64,000 nucleotides of DNA, taken from positions 62,001 to 126,000 of the forward strand of contig QPMI01000519.1 of NCBI GenBank assembly GCA_004431415.1. Reading direction: 5' to 3'. Below the pieces are notes generated by a model that was not told where the DNA came from, did not search any database, and worked only from the letters and a program-made list of their open reading frames with translations. This DNA comes from Cyanophora paradoxa CCMP329 (taxonomy: Eukaryota > Plantae > Glaucophyta). The stretch's first letter is position 1. Each line of letters begins with the position of its first letter. A program made the translations under genes and the position numbers. Positions 49,158-61,009 of this stretch are shown here, in pieces.

Positions 49158-49667
49158 CGCGGGGAGACGTCGCGCTCGAATCGCCCGGCCTAGTAGGCAA
49201 TGCTCGGCGCCGGCATTTCTGGGGTTCCATAGTACGGGGCTCGGCCCCTTTCCATTTCCAATTGCAAGCTCAAGCTCCGCCGCGCCCTATAGCTAGACTA
49301 GCTCGCCGCATTTCGAGGCCAGGAAGAAGGGAAGCGTATAATAAGGGAAGAGAAATTAAACACGTAGAAGGGAGAAATCATAGGGATCCGGATCGGCCGG
49401 AGCTCGAGCTCATGATCATGCAAAGGGGCATGATCATGAGCTCGAGAGCTATAGCTAAAGAGCTCGCGAGAGGCCGGAGACGTCGAACATATCGATATAT
49501 ATATATATCTAGATCTAGATCTAGATCTAGAGGAGCCGCGAAAATTCGATAGCGATATCAGTCGCCGGCTTGCAGGTGCACGCATGGGCGCACGCGCGCA
49601 CGTCAGCTGCAGAGCGCTAGCTCAGATCAAATCGAGGGGTTTAATTTCTCGCGCAGGCACGCACATC

Positions 49668-50264
49668 ATGACGACGAACGCGAAGCTCGCCCTGCTCGCG
49701 ATCGCCCTCGCCCTCTTCGTGCTCCCCGTCGCCTTCGGGGCGGACTGCGACGGCCTCGAAGACTACGGGTGCCAGTGCGGCGGTGCGCCGACTTTTGCGA
49801 CCCCCTGCGCGTTTGGGCGCGTCAGCATCGATATCCGTGCCGCGCGCCCGAGCGCGCGCAGCGGCGCTTCGCGCGAACCGCTTGCGTTATATAATTAACC
49901 GAATTTTAATCTTTCATTTATCGGCGCAGGGAATCCGGATCGAAGATGCTGCCGCCCGGGCTACGGACAGGGCGCGGGCGAGACGCCCGCCACGGCAGAC
50001 GGGCAGCTCGACGCGTCGAAGGCGAAGGCGGGCTGCTGCCCCCTCAACTCCATCTTCCCGCCCCAGTTTCCAGGCGCCTTCTGCTGCGCGGTGCGGCAAG
50101 AGGTGAACGACAAAGTGACGTTCGTCGGCGGCTGCTTCGACCCGTACACCTCCCAGTGCCAGGGGCGCCCGCCGCGCTTTCCGAAGGAGGTCCCCGTCAT
50201 CGACATCGCGTTCAAGGACTACTGCCCGAACCCCAACGGCCAGGGGCGCGTCCGCTTCATCTAA
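49668..50264 (+). CDS. Small secreted cysteine-rich protein (two exons)
   Basis: Signal peptide MTTNAKLALLAIALALFVLPVAFG. A GT-AG intron joins to an exon with three CC pairs, ending GRVRFI*. Confidence 0.75.
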
Positions 50265-51203
50265 ATAAACTCCCATCCGCCATCAATATCATCATCGCGA
50301 CCGATATCGCTTTCGCGACGCCGGCGAATAGCATCCTGTAAATACATCGATATCTGTATCTGTAAATACGTTTAGACGCGTGCGCAATTGCATCGGCTCG
50401 CCGCAGCGCCCCTCTAGATCTCTACTTCGCTCGCCGCGGGCCCCTCGAGGTCAATCGACGTCGATCGCGAGCTCGTTCTCACCCGAGCTCGTCGCTGCAG
50501 CTGGGCACGAGCTCAGGGCGCGCGCGGGGCCGGCGTGCAGGAGGAGGTCGCGATCGATATTGATGTCGACGTGCGATCCTCGGATCGGAGGGCGCGGGAA
50601 ATTCGAATGCAGCGTCAGCATCTAGATCCAGGGCAAATCCTAAGATCTAGATCGGAGGGCGGGGGAACTTCTAGATCCAGATCTAGACATATACGTAAAT
50701 TAAACGGGGGCGCAGGAAGATTTAATAATGACGGAAGCATGGCCGAATTCCACGAAGAGTACTAGTCTAGCATCAATTGCAACCGAACTCGCCGAGCTAA
50801 ACCCCGGCTTGATGAAGCACAGCCCGGCCGGCGCCCCGGCTTGAACGAATGTCTTAATTTTTCGAAGCGCATGCGCATGCGCAAAATTAAACCTCGCAGG
50901 GTGCGCATGCCTGAAGCATAGCGCCGCGGGCCACAGCCCCGGCGCCGGCTTGCAATATTAATCGAGCATTTATGACTCGGAAGCGCAAATTAAACTGAAG
51001 CCTTGCGCGCGCGCGTGCAGGGTTTGGCGCTGGCACTAGCCTGGCAGTCGACGATGAATATTTGCACGAATTCCGAATTTCGAATTCCCAAATGCAAGTC
51101 GCATGAAGTGACATTGAAGTCCAATTACAGGGGTACACTGCCGCGCCGCGCCGACTGGCCGCGACTCCGGATCCGGCGCTCGAGCTCGGCGGCTGTGCGG
51201 GCG

Positions 51204-54200
51204 ATGTTCGCGTCGGCAGCAGCGCCGACTTCGACAGTGCGACCGCTGGGCTGCCGACCGCCGCGGACGACTCGCGGCCTCTGCGCGACGCCGGCGTCGA
51301 CCGGCGGGGCGGCGGCAGCAGCGCCGCGAGCGCGAGCGTGTTCGGACAGGAGCGGATCTGCGTCCCGCGTGAGCGCTATCCGGCGGCCTGCGGCGCTCGG
51401 TCGGTGTTGGTTGGTCGCGCCGCTCCGGCTGCAGGCCGCGGCCGCGAGACGGTGCGCACCCCCTAGGCCTTGCGGGTGGCTCGCAAAGCGTGTCTCTAGC
51501 TTAGCCGGTGCTCGGCGTCGCAGCGCCGGGACGGCGTCGCGTGAAATGACGACGTGCGCGGGCGGCGAGGCGCGGGCGGCGGCCGCGGCCGCGCCGGAGC
51601 CGTCGACGAGCGCGGACCCGCGGGTGGCTGGCATTCGGCGCGTGGCCGTCGTGGGCGCCGGGCCCTGCGGCCTCGCCGTCGCCAAGGAGCTCCAAGCCGC
51701 CGGCTTCTCCGTCACCGTCTTCGAGCAGGCGCCCCCGGAGCCCGCGCGCCAGCTCGGGCCCTCCTCTGCTGTAGCTGAGATCCGCCTACCCCCTCCCCGC
51801 AGAACGCGGACGTGGGGGGTATCTGGCTCTTCTCCCCGGACGAATCCCACAGCTCCGTCTACAAGAACATGGCGCGCCGTCTACCCCCTCAAGATTCTCG
51901 TCCCCTCTCTTACTCCCCCCCTCTTACCCTTCCCCCCCCCCCCCCCCTCCAGGTCACGAACACGTCGAAGCAGCTGATGTGCTACAGCGACTTTCCAATG
52001 CCATCCGAGTACCCTACCTTCCTCCACCATACCCAGGCGCCCGGCGCCCCGGCGCCCCTTCCTCGCCCGATCCGCCTTCCTGAATCCGTCCAGCAGGTCC
52101 TTTCCTACGTAAAATGTGCGTACATCATGTGACGCTCCCTCGCAACTGTACCCCCGAACGTCTTGTCCCCCCCCTCTCCTTAACAGCATACGCCTCACAC
52201 TTCGGCCTGTACGACGTCACCCGCTTCCGCACATCCGTCCGGTGCCCCCCCGAACATTTCACTGTACCCGGCACCCGGCACCGACGCGGGGCAGGCGGGT
52301 CCGGGAGGAGCCGGACCGCAGCTTCCGCCTCGCGTGGCGGGACGAGCGGACGGGCCTCGAGGGCGAGGCGCGCCGTACCCCTCCCTCGCCCTTCCTTGCT
52401 CACTCCGTCGCACGCCCCGCTCGTCTCATAGTGCCCCGTACCCCCAGCAGGACGCCTTCGACGCGGTGTGCGTCGCGAACGGTCACAACTCGAGCCCCTC
52501 TACCCCCTCCTTCCCCGGCTCGTCACCCATTCTTCCACCCCCGCTCTACTCTTTCTCTGAGGGGACGGTGCAGGGGCGGACGGTTTCGGGGGTACGAGCA
52601 TCCACAGCCACGTGTACAAGGATCCCGAAGGTAGCCTCCCATCCTATACCCCCCCCCCGCATCCGGGGGCCCGACGCGGGGCAGCGTACGCCGGCCAGCG
52701 GGTTCTCGTCGTCGGCAGCGCGGCCAGCGGCCTCGAGATCGCCGGTCCGCCCCACGAACCCGTACCCCGGTCTTCTCCCCCGCCTCAACCGGCGCAGGGG
52801 ACGTGGCGCGCGCCGCTTCCCACGTCTACGTCGCGTCTCGCGGGGGCGCGTACCCCCGCTCCCTAAGGCCGCGTACCCCTTCCGGCTAGCTCCATGCTGA
52901 GTGTACCCCGCAGCGTCCCTCGTCCGCCCCCACTTCGTCGACGATTGCCCGATCGACCAGGCCCGTACCCTTCCCTGTTCTCGCCCCGTATCCCCCTTGC
53001 CTCTGAGCCCTCCCCCCCCTCCCCGCAGTTCTCCCGCAACCGATTCTTCCGCCGCCTCCCGCCCCGCCTTCGGACCGCCTGGTGCCCACCTCGGCCCAGC
53101 CTCTATCCCCGCCCGCCGCCCACGCCGTGCAGGGCCCACTGGCGACTGGAGAGGGCCGTCGGCGGCTTCCGTGCGCGCTTCGGCCTTCCCGGCCCCGCCG
53201 AGGCCCGCCTACCCCTTTTCCTTTCCCTTGCTCGCCCCTCCCCTTCGCAAGCCGCCCCGCAGGCGGACGAGAACGGCAGCGGGGGCGGCATCAGTTCCGA
53301 GTTTCTGCGGCAGGTGCCCCCCTGCCGGCAATCTCCGCCGAACCCGCGTCTCGAGCGCTCTGCGCAGCGGTTGGCGGGGCGCGTGGAGATGGTGGCGGGG
53401 GTACAGCGCTTCGAGGGCGGCGGATCCCGTTCCGTACTCCTCTCCGACGGCTCCTCCCTCGAGATCGACACGGTACCCTCCCCCTCTTCTCTCAGCCACT
53501 AGGCCCCGTACCCCCGACCGAAGAGCGCTCAGGTGATCTACTGCACTGGGTACAACTACGAGTTCCCGTTCCTGGACCCCTCCTGCGGGGTGCGGCGCCC
53601 GCCGGTGTACCCCCGGCCGCCCCGTGCTCAGCGGCCCCAGGTGGAGGTGGCGGGGGCGAAGTGGGCGCGGGGTATCCTGAAGGACGTCTTCCTGGCGCGG
53701 AACCCGCGGCTCTCCTTCGCCTGCCTCGGCTCGTGCGCCCCTACCCCCCTGCTCCCCGCGCCTCCTCGTTGTACCCCTCACCCCTCCATCGCGCCCAGGC
53801 AAGTCATCCCGTTTCCCCTGGCCGAGCTCCAGGGCCGCTGGATCGCCGGCGTGTACGGGTACGTGTATTCCTGAGAGCCTGCTTGCCCCCACACCCACCC
53901 CCCGTACCCCCCTCACCCTCTCACCGCCCGCACCCCGCAGGGGCCGACTCTCCCTACCCCCCCAGGCCGAGGTCGAGGCGGAGGTCGCCCGCGAGGAGAC
54001 GGTACCCTCCTGCTCCCAGCTTTCGGCAAATGTACCCCCCTGACGTTTCTCCCTTTGCAGCGGCGGGCGCGGTTGCCCGCGAAGCTGGCGCACCGCACTG
54101 ACCACGTCGCTTACTGCGACGCCCTCGCCGAGCTCGTGGGGGCTACCCCACGCACATTCCGCCCGGTACCCCTCTTTCTTTCCCCAGTACCCCACCTTTC

Positions 54201-54505
54201 TCTTCGAGCGGCCGGCAGGAGAGCCCGCGGCTGACCTGGGCCCTCCTCTGGGGCCCCGTCGTCCCGTTCGTGGTCCGCTGTACCCCCCTCCCGCATACCC
54301 TCCATGTTAAAGTTGATTGAATTTACCCCCGCAGTACCGGCTGGACGGGCCGGGGCGGTGGGAGGGGGCGGAGGAGGCGGTGCTGGAGGCGGTGTACGGC
54401 CCAAGGAGGCCGGCGGGGTACGACGTGCGCGACTTCACGCTGGAGGCCGCCCCGGGGGCGGGAAGCCTGCAGCTGCCCCCCGAGGCGGGCCCCCCGCGCC
54501 CCTGA
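51204..54505 (+). CDS. Flavin-containing monooxygenase (FMO), probably organelle-targeted (multi-exon)
   Basis: VAVVGAGPCGL (FAD), GGIW, FGGTSIHSHVYK (FMO motif FxGxxxHxxxY), VLVVGSAASG (NADPH) and IYCTGY. Long N-terminal extension MFASAAA. Confidence 0.92.
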
Positions 54506-54775
54506 GCTCGAGGCCCCTCTCGATCTGGCTCAGCGGCTCTACCCTTCTCGATATCGAAGCGACATGAATGAGCCTGCCAGGCTGCGCTAGCAAAGGGTCC
54601 AAGGACATGGGCTCCGATCAGATCTAGAGCCCGGGTCGCTTGCAGATGCAGCGCAAGCCTTAAGCTTTTAAGCTTGAAGCTTCGAATTCGGTCCAACGCA
54701 GCGCTTGCACTACGGTACCCCAGGGCCGTATCAGCTGGCCGGGCACGCAGCGACTCCGGCTCTCTAGCGATAGCT

Positions 54776-57700
54776 ATGGACCAGCTGTGCGAGCAGTATC
54801 TGGCAGCCCTCGCGGATCGGCTTGTCCTGCCGCTCGGGCCGCTCCCGCCAAACTGGCGCTCGATGCCCCGCGCGGTGCGCGCGCGAGCACATACGCGCAT
54901 GAGCGCATGCGCTCAACTAGCGCCACCGCACACGCAATCGAACCTTCCGCAGGCGCTCCAGGGGGCGATTGCGGCGACGCTCGTGCGGTTCCTGCGCGAG
55001 CCGCTCAACTTGCCTCCGACGGCGCGCTGGGACGCGGATTTGGCGTGGAAGATGCTCGTCTCCAGCATCGGCGCCGCGGGAATCGCGGTGGTGCGCGGCG
55101 CCGACGACGTCGACTCCCGCGCTCGAGCCGCCGAGCTCGGACCAAGTCGCGCAGTACGACAGCCGCGCGTGCGAGATCCTGCTGGAGGCGGGCTTCCTGG
55201 AGGACGTGCTCAAGTTCCTGCGGGACCGGCGCGCCCGGGCGCCCCACGCCGGCCTCCAGGACGCCGTCTGCAAGGCCCTCGAGGTCCGCGCGCGCCGGCC
55301 GCGGCGCTCGGAGCTCTACCGTGTCCCGGGCCCCTCCCGTGCCCCGGGCCCCTCCCGACGCGAGGCGCCGCCGCAGTTCCTTCGCGCCGGCTGCTTAAGG
55401 GGCGCAAGCTTCCGCCAGCGCTTCTTCTCGCTGCCGGCGAGGTCGGCCCGGCCCGGCGCCCCTCGCCCGCGCCGCCCTCGGCTTAGCGACGGCGCAGCGA
55501 CCTGAGGACGGTCGTGGCGGCGGCCTCGTGGCCCGGCCCTAGCGCCGCCCTCCGCGCCGTCGCGCGAGCTCCTCCAGAACGTCATTCAGGTACCCCGCCC
55601 CCGCTCCGTTCCCGTACCCGTCGCTTTTGACCGACCGCGCCGCAGGTTGCGATGCCGCTGATGAGCCAGACGCTGGGCCCGCTGCTGACAGGCGATACAC
55701 TGAGCGCCCCCGCGCACGCTGCCGCCCGGTTGCTGCAGGCCCGTAACCCCCGCTCCCGCCCCTTCCCGCCAGGTCGCTCATTAACTTTTTTCTTCGCAGG
55801 AGGAGGAGCCGGCTGGATGGAAGGCTGCTCTGAAGCTGCTGAGCGTGCGTACCCCCCTTCAGATCCCCTCGCCCCCTTCCATTACCCACGCGGGGTGCAG
55901 GGGCTGGCGATGCTGTGGGTAACGTCCCCCAACCGGGGGGGAGGAAATGACCGAGAGCTCGCCCAGGCTCGCGTACCCCTTCGGCGATCCCCTTTCCCAT
56001 CTTACTTACCCCACCCCTGCCCCCCTCCCCCCCCCCCCCCCCCCTCCCCCATTCCCCGCGCAGTCCTTCGTCGCTGCGGCCGAGGCAGAGTGCCGGTCCG
56101 TGCATCTGCAGCTCGTACCCCCCGCCCGCCCAATTGAGCTTGTACCCTCCAGGCCGCGCGCCAAGTTCGTGCGCCGCATCATGGCCTTCGCGCGGGGCGA
56201 GGTGTCTGGTCCTTGGACCCGTGCGGTGTACTCCCCCTCCTGCATCCCCGTCCCTTTACCCACCCCCGCGGCCGGCAGCGGAGGAGGGCCGCTTCCTCAG
56301 GGGCTCCGCCCTCGACTGCGCTGGGTACCTCATGGACTACCCCCCCGCCGCCAACCTCGCCATCCGGTACCCCCGTCCTTGCTCTGCCATCGCGTCTTGT
56401 TTGCCGATGGGCTGCAGGGGCGGCTGCATCGGAGCGCTGCGGGACCTGCTGGGGGGAGAGCCGTCTCTGGCCCGCCAGGCCCGCTCCAACCCCCCCCCCC
56501 CCCCCCCCCCCCCTAAAACAAAATCCATAAACCGCCAATAGGCCGCACGGCCCTCGCGGCCCTTACCGTGGAGGAAAACTTCGAGGCCGGCATGCCCTGG
56601 GTCAGTTCACCCCCCTCCTCCCCCCCGTCCCCCCACCCCTTCTTCCCCTCATCGCTTCCCCCACTTCCCCAACCCCCCCCCCCCCCCCATTTCCCCTTCC
56701 AAGACGGCCCGCGCGTGCAGATCCTTCGCTCGGGGGTGCTTACGAGCCTGCTGCCCCTGATGGATCCGGCCCGGCCGGGATTCGAACCCGAAATTGCGGG
56801 GTCCATCTGCGGCGCCCTGGGGCGCCTCTCGGTCCTGTCCCGCCGGGCCTGCGCCGCCGCGCTCCGGCAGGCCCGCCCCTGCACCCCCTTAACTTCTCTT
56901 TTCTCTTTCCGACCGGACGCTGCAATGCAGGCGGGCGGCCCGGAGGCGGCGGCGCGCCTACTCGCCTCCTTCCTGCGAGCCGCCTTCGGGGCGGGGGTGC
57001 GCGCGCCCCATCCCCCCCTCGCCGCCCGCCCGAGACGCGGCGGCAGGCGCGGCCGTCGGACGGGGAGGTCAACGCGAGCTACGTGGCCGGCCTGTGGGCC
57101 GTCCAGAAGCCCGAGGCAGGCCCCCGCGCTCGCGCGCCCCCGCCGGCCGGCAGCCTGGGGCCCCTCCAACCGCACGCACCGTGCAGTTCGCGGCGGCGTT
57201 CGTGAGGGAGGGGGCGCTGCAGCAGCTGGTCTCCCGCTGGGGGCCCGACGCCGGCGACAACCTCCCCTTCCTCCTCGCCGTGCGCCCCTCCGCGGCCGAG
57301 CCGCCGCCCGGCCGGGCGGCCAGCGGTGCGCCCCGACCTTCTTTGTTCCGCAGGTGCTGTGCCGGCAGGACCCGGCGGGGGTGCGGGCGGTCTTCGAGCA
57401 GGGGCCGGCGCGGGCGGCGGGGGAGCGGCTCGTGCGGGGGTACCGCAGCGACTCCGGCAGGGCCTTCGCGGGGCTTGACGCGGAGCTCGCAGCGGCGTGG
57501 GCGGCCGCCGTGGAGGGCGCCGAGGGCGGCCCCGGGGCGGGGCCGGGGGCCCCCGAGCCCTTCTCCCCCTTTGCCAAAATCGAGGCGACCACCCAGGTGC
57601 GGTGGCGACCGCGCGGCCTCCCTCCCGGGCTCCGCGTTCGACCAAGGAGTGTGGTGGCGTGCAGGTGGACGTGGACGAGTGGCTGGACTGGCGGCGCAGC

Positions 57701-58143
57701 GGCTTCCTGGAGCGCTGGGCGGCCGCGGGGCCCGACCGCCCCGCCGACGAAGCCTCCGGACCCTGCGGGGCCTGCGGCGCGGACGGCGCCCGCCTCATCT
57801 GCGGCGCCTGCAAGCGTACCCGCTACTGCTCCCAGGCGCGCGCCCCGCCACCTCTCGGCCCTGTCGGCTGCAGCTAAGCGACGGGCGGGCGGGCGCGGCA
57901 GGCGTGCCAGCGGGCTACGTGGAACTTTCACAAGGCAGAGTGCAGGGAGGCCGCGGGGCAGGGGCGGGGCGCCCCCGCGGGCCCTGCCGCCCCGGCCTCG
58001 AGCTAGTTCATCGGCACCCCCCCGGGGGACGGCGGCGGCCTGTTGGCCCGCTGGCAGGCACTGGCAGCGACCCAGGGGCCGGCCCGGCGGGGGCCGCGGC
58101 CCCCGCGGCCCGCAGAGACCCGGCGGCCCCGGCCCGCCTGTAG
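54776..58143 (+). CDS. Alpha-solenoid (ARM-like) protein with C-terminal MYND zinc finger (multi-exon)
   Basis: CGACGADGARLICGACKRTRYCSQ/ACQRATWNFHKAEC, preceded by helical exons. Confidence 0.75.
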
Positions 58144-58933
58144 CCCTGGCTGGGGCCGCCGCCGGTTCCGGTGCGCGTCGACAGGCTGCCAGCGAGCCCG
58201 CGGGCCGCACTGCGGCAGTCGCCGACAGGCGGCGACTCCCAGCGACTGGCAGCGAGTCGCCGACAGGCGGCGACTCCGAGTCTGCGACGTGCAGCGGCAT
58301 TCAGGGCCTTTGCAGGCTCTTTACAGGCCCTGAGAGCGTCCGACGGTCGAGTCGCCCACGCCGCCGATCGATCGATACCGCGACTAGTACTTGGTCCGCG
58401 AGTCCAGTCGACGTCGGCGAAAGACCGCCGACGGATCGACAGGCTTAGCGACGACAGCTAGCTGCAGGCGTCGACACTGACTCGACAGGCGACGAGTCGC
58501 CGACGACAGCCCGCCGAGCCCGGTCGTCTAGATATCTTCGAATTCATTGAAAGAAGTTCTTTTTTCAGACACATGAAGCATCTATGTTTCGTTGTCAAGC
58601 GTTTCAAGTCAAGCCCGTCGAGTCGGCAACTTTGAACTTTCCTATACCCAGACTGAGCACCCTCTGGTACCCAGTACTGCATGCGCAGCTGGACTGAAGT
58701 GGTCACTGGTCAGGCTCGTGGAGTCGTGGTACCCCCGGGCCCGGCAATGTTGACTGTTCGAAACGCGTATGTGGACCCGAGCGATACCGATATATATGTC
58801 CGATCCGAATCATTCGATCCGCTTTCTATGATGGAAAGCGGAAATTCCCGAGTTTTTTTCAAAGCCGTTATCCCGCAATGGACCCGCATCCGACCGTCCG
58901 ACTGTCAAATCAGTGTCAATGCAGTCTGTCTGA

Positions 58934-59254
58934 GGCCGAAAACCGGATACCGGCCGATTCGGTGGTTATCCAAGTCTCTTTCCGAACTCGGGACTTGAGT
59001 GTTCGGGTCTTTGCCGGGTCCTAGCATGGAATGTGGAGACTTGGAATCGAGCTCGATTTCACGAACAGTCACCAAGGCGATGAGCTCAAAATTTTGACGC
59101 GGTTACTATGGCAACCGCGTCAGGGGCCCAACGACCGAAGCGACCAAGTGCCAAAAAAATGATGTCATGGCCCCTTCGGTCGTTAAAAAGTACCAGCTCT
59201 TTTGCATTGAGGGACTTGAGAAAGTACCGTCTCTAGCGTATCCGGTTTTCGGCC
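58934..59254. mobile_element. PIF/Harbinger (Tourist-like) MITE, 321 bp
   Basis: Perfect 17-bp TIR GGCCGAAAACCGGATAC. 3-bp TSD TGA at 58931-58933 and 59255-59257. Confidence 0.8.
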
Positions 59255-59388
59255 TGACTCTGTCATCGGAGTCGATGATCGGACCGATCCCGACTCGGCG
59301 TCGAGTCGGCGATTCCCGATTCCCGAAGAATTAAGCGCGCGCTTGCCGCGCGCGCTTTAACTAGTAATTTGGAGTCTGGAGTCTGGAC

Positions 59389-59878
59389 TAGGGCTGGGTT
59401 CAGTCACTGTCAGTCAAAGTCAGAGGGTCTGACTGACCCGACTGAGTCACCAAATTGGCCGACTGAGGTTCTCTCAGTCCCATAGAAAACCCTGCTGGCC
59501 CAGTGCTGGGAGCGTGCCCCCCTGTGGGCTTTTCCCATCTAAAGCTTGACGTGGGTCGACCTAAAAAAGGATCTTCTGCCGTCTTACGTCCAGAAAAACA
59601 ACGAAATCTGAACGAAACCGCCCGCGCTAACGAGGCTAACGGCGTCTGACACCTGGCTAACGGCTTTCTTTCTCCAGTGTACTTTGTTTGCATAATTACC
59701 ATCTACTGCCCGCGCACTGTGCTTGGCAACTTAGATGGATCGCATCTGGGTCATTTCTGGGTCATTTACCTCAGTTTTTGCACGGTAGCCTGACTGAACC
59801 TCGGGTTGACTGATTCAGTCACAGTCAGGGGGGCTGAGCGACTGGGTCAGGGGGGGACCCTGACTGAACCCAGCACTA
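59389..59878. mobile_element. hAT-type MITE, 490 bp
   Basis: TIRs TAGGGCTGGGTTCAGTCA / TAGTGCTGGGTTCAGTCA (rc). 8-bp TSD GTCTGGAC at 59381-59388 and 59879-59886. Subterminal TGAC/CAGTC repeats. Confidence 0.88.
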
Positions 59879-61009
59879 GTCTGGACTCTGGAGTCTGGAC
59901 CCGTCCGAGTCGGACGGTCCGACCCGAAGAAGCGCGCGCTTGCCAGTCAATGCCAGACAATGCCAGTTGCCGCAGACGTCGCGAATAACTGAGTCACTCG
60001 CGATCAACGGGCCTGAGAGGCTGAGACGTCGACGTCGCGCGCAGTGCGCGCGTGCGCGAAGCCTGCGCATGCCATGATGCGCGGCTCAGAGGGAGCCAGC
60101 TGCAGTCTGCAGATGCTCAGAGCTGGCAGCTAGCTACTAGGCTATAGCGCGCGCAGCAGTACTAGTACTAGTCTAGTAGTAGCGCTGCTGCACCGGCCGA
60201 TGTTGTCGGGTCACAAAAGATGCCGCCCGCAGCCGCCGATGACCGATTGTGCCTTCTGACCGCTGTCGCGAGCCCAGCAGTCATCGATATCGACATCGAC
60301 GCGTGCGGAGCGGCGGACCGTGGGGACGCCTGTTCTTCGAGGTCAGCCTGTTCTCGGCAGTTCCCGGCCGCGGATGCGGGCGCAGGATGCACGCTCGAGG
60401 GCCCGGACTCTGGCGGCGCCCCATATTCATCGTGCCACCGCGGCGCGAGCGCATACGCAGCCCCTTTAGCCGCGCAAATCCCTTCACTCGCGTGGTGCGC
60501 ATATGCATGCGCGGCGCGTCGAGGGCGCGCAGGCGTGCGGCGCGTGCAACATGTTTCCATGTATATATATATATAGCTATTTCTAGATCTACATCAACAG
60601 CATGATAGCGCCGAGATGTAGACGCCCCGCCCCCGCGCGCCTTCGACGATTGCATGCGCGCGCGTCGTCGACGCCGGCATGCGCGCGCGCAGGGTGTGGC
60701 GGGGAGGGCCGAAGTCGGGCGAACCCGCCGTTGCCGCCCGCGTCGAGACGGTCCCCGGGTGCGGGGCCGGCGCCGGCCCGGCCCGGGGCGGGCGAGACGA
60801 TTCGGCCCTCCGGCGCGGGAGGGCCTTCCTTCGGTCCCTTGGGGCCGCCCTGTCCGCCCCCGGCCCTTCCGAATGCGGCCGCGGCAGTACTAGTACGCGC
60901 CAGGTGCGGCGGCGCGCGCCCTGCCGCGGCCGCGCTGCCAGATGCGTCCAGACGCCCGCGCGCCCGGCAGGCTCTGTGGGGCGGCGGGATCGGCGAGGTC
61001 GGGATTGTC

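Noticed and set aside
59101-59116. GGTTACTATGGCAACC as an RFX X-box
   Set aside because: It lies inside a MITE, far from a promoter, and RFX factors are not expected in this lineage.
60168-60560. 130-aa minus-strand ORF
   Set aside because: No domain or splice support, and it ends in footprint-like sequence.
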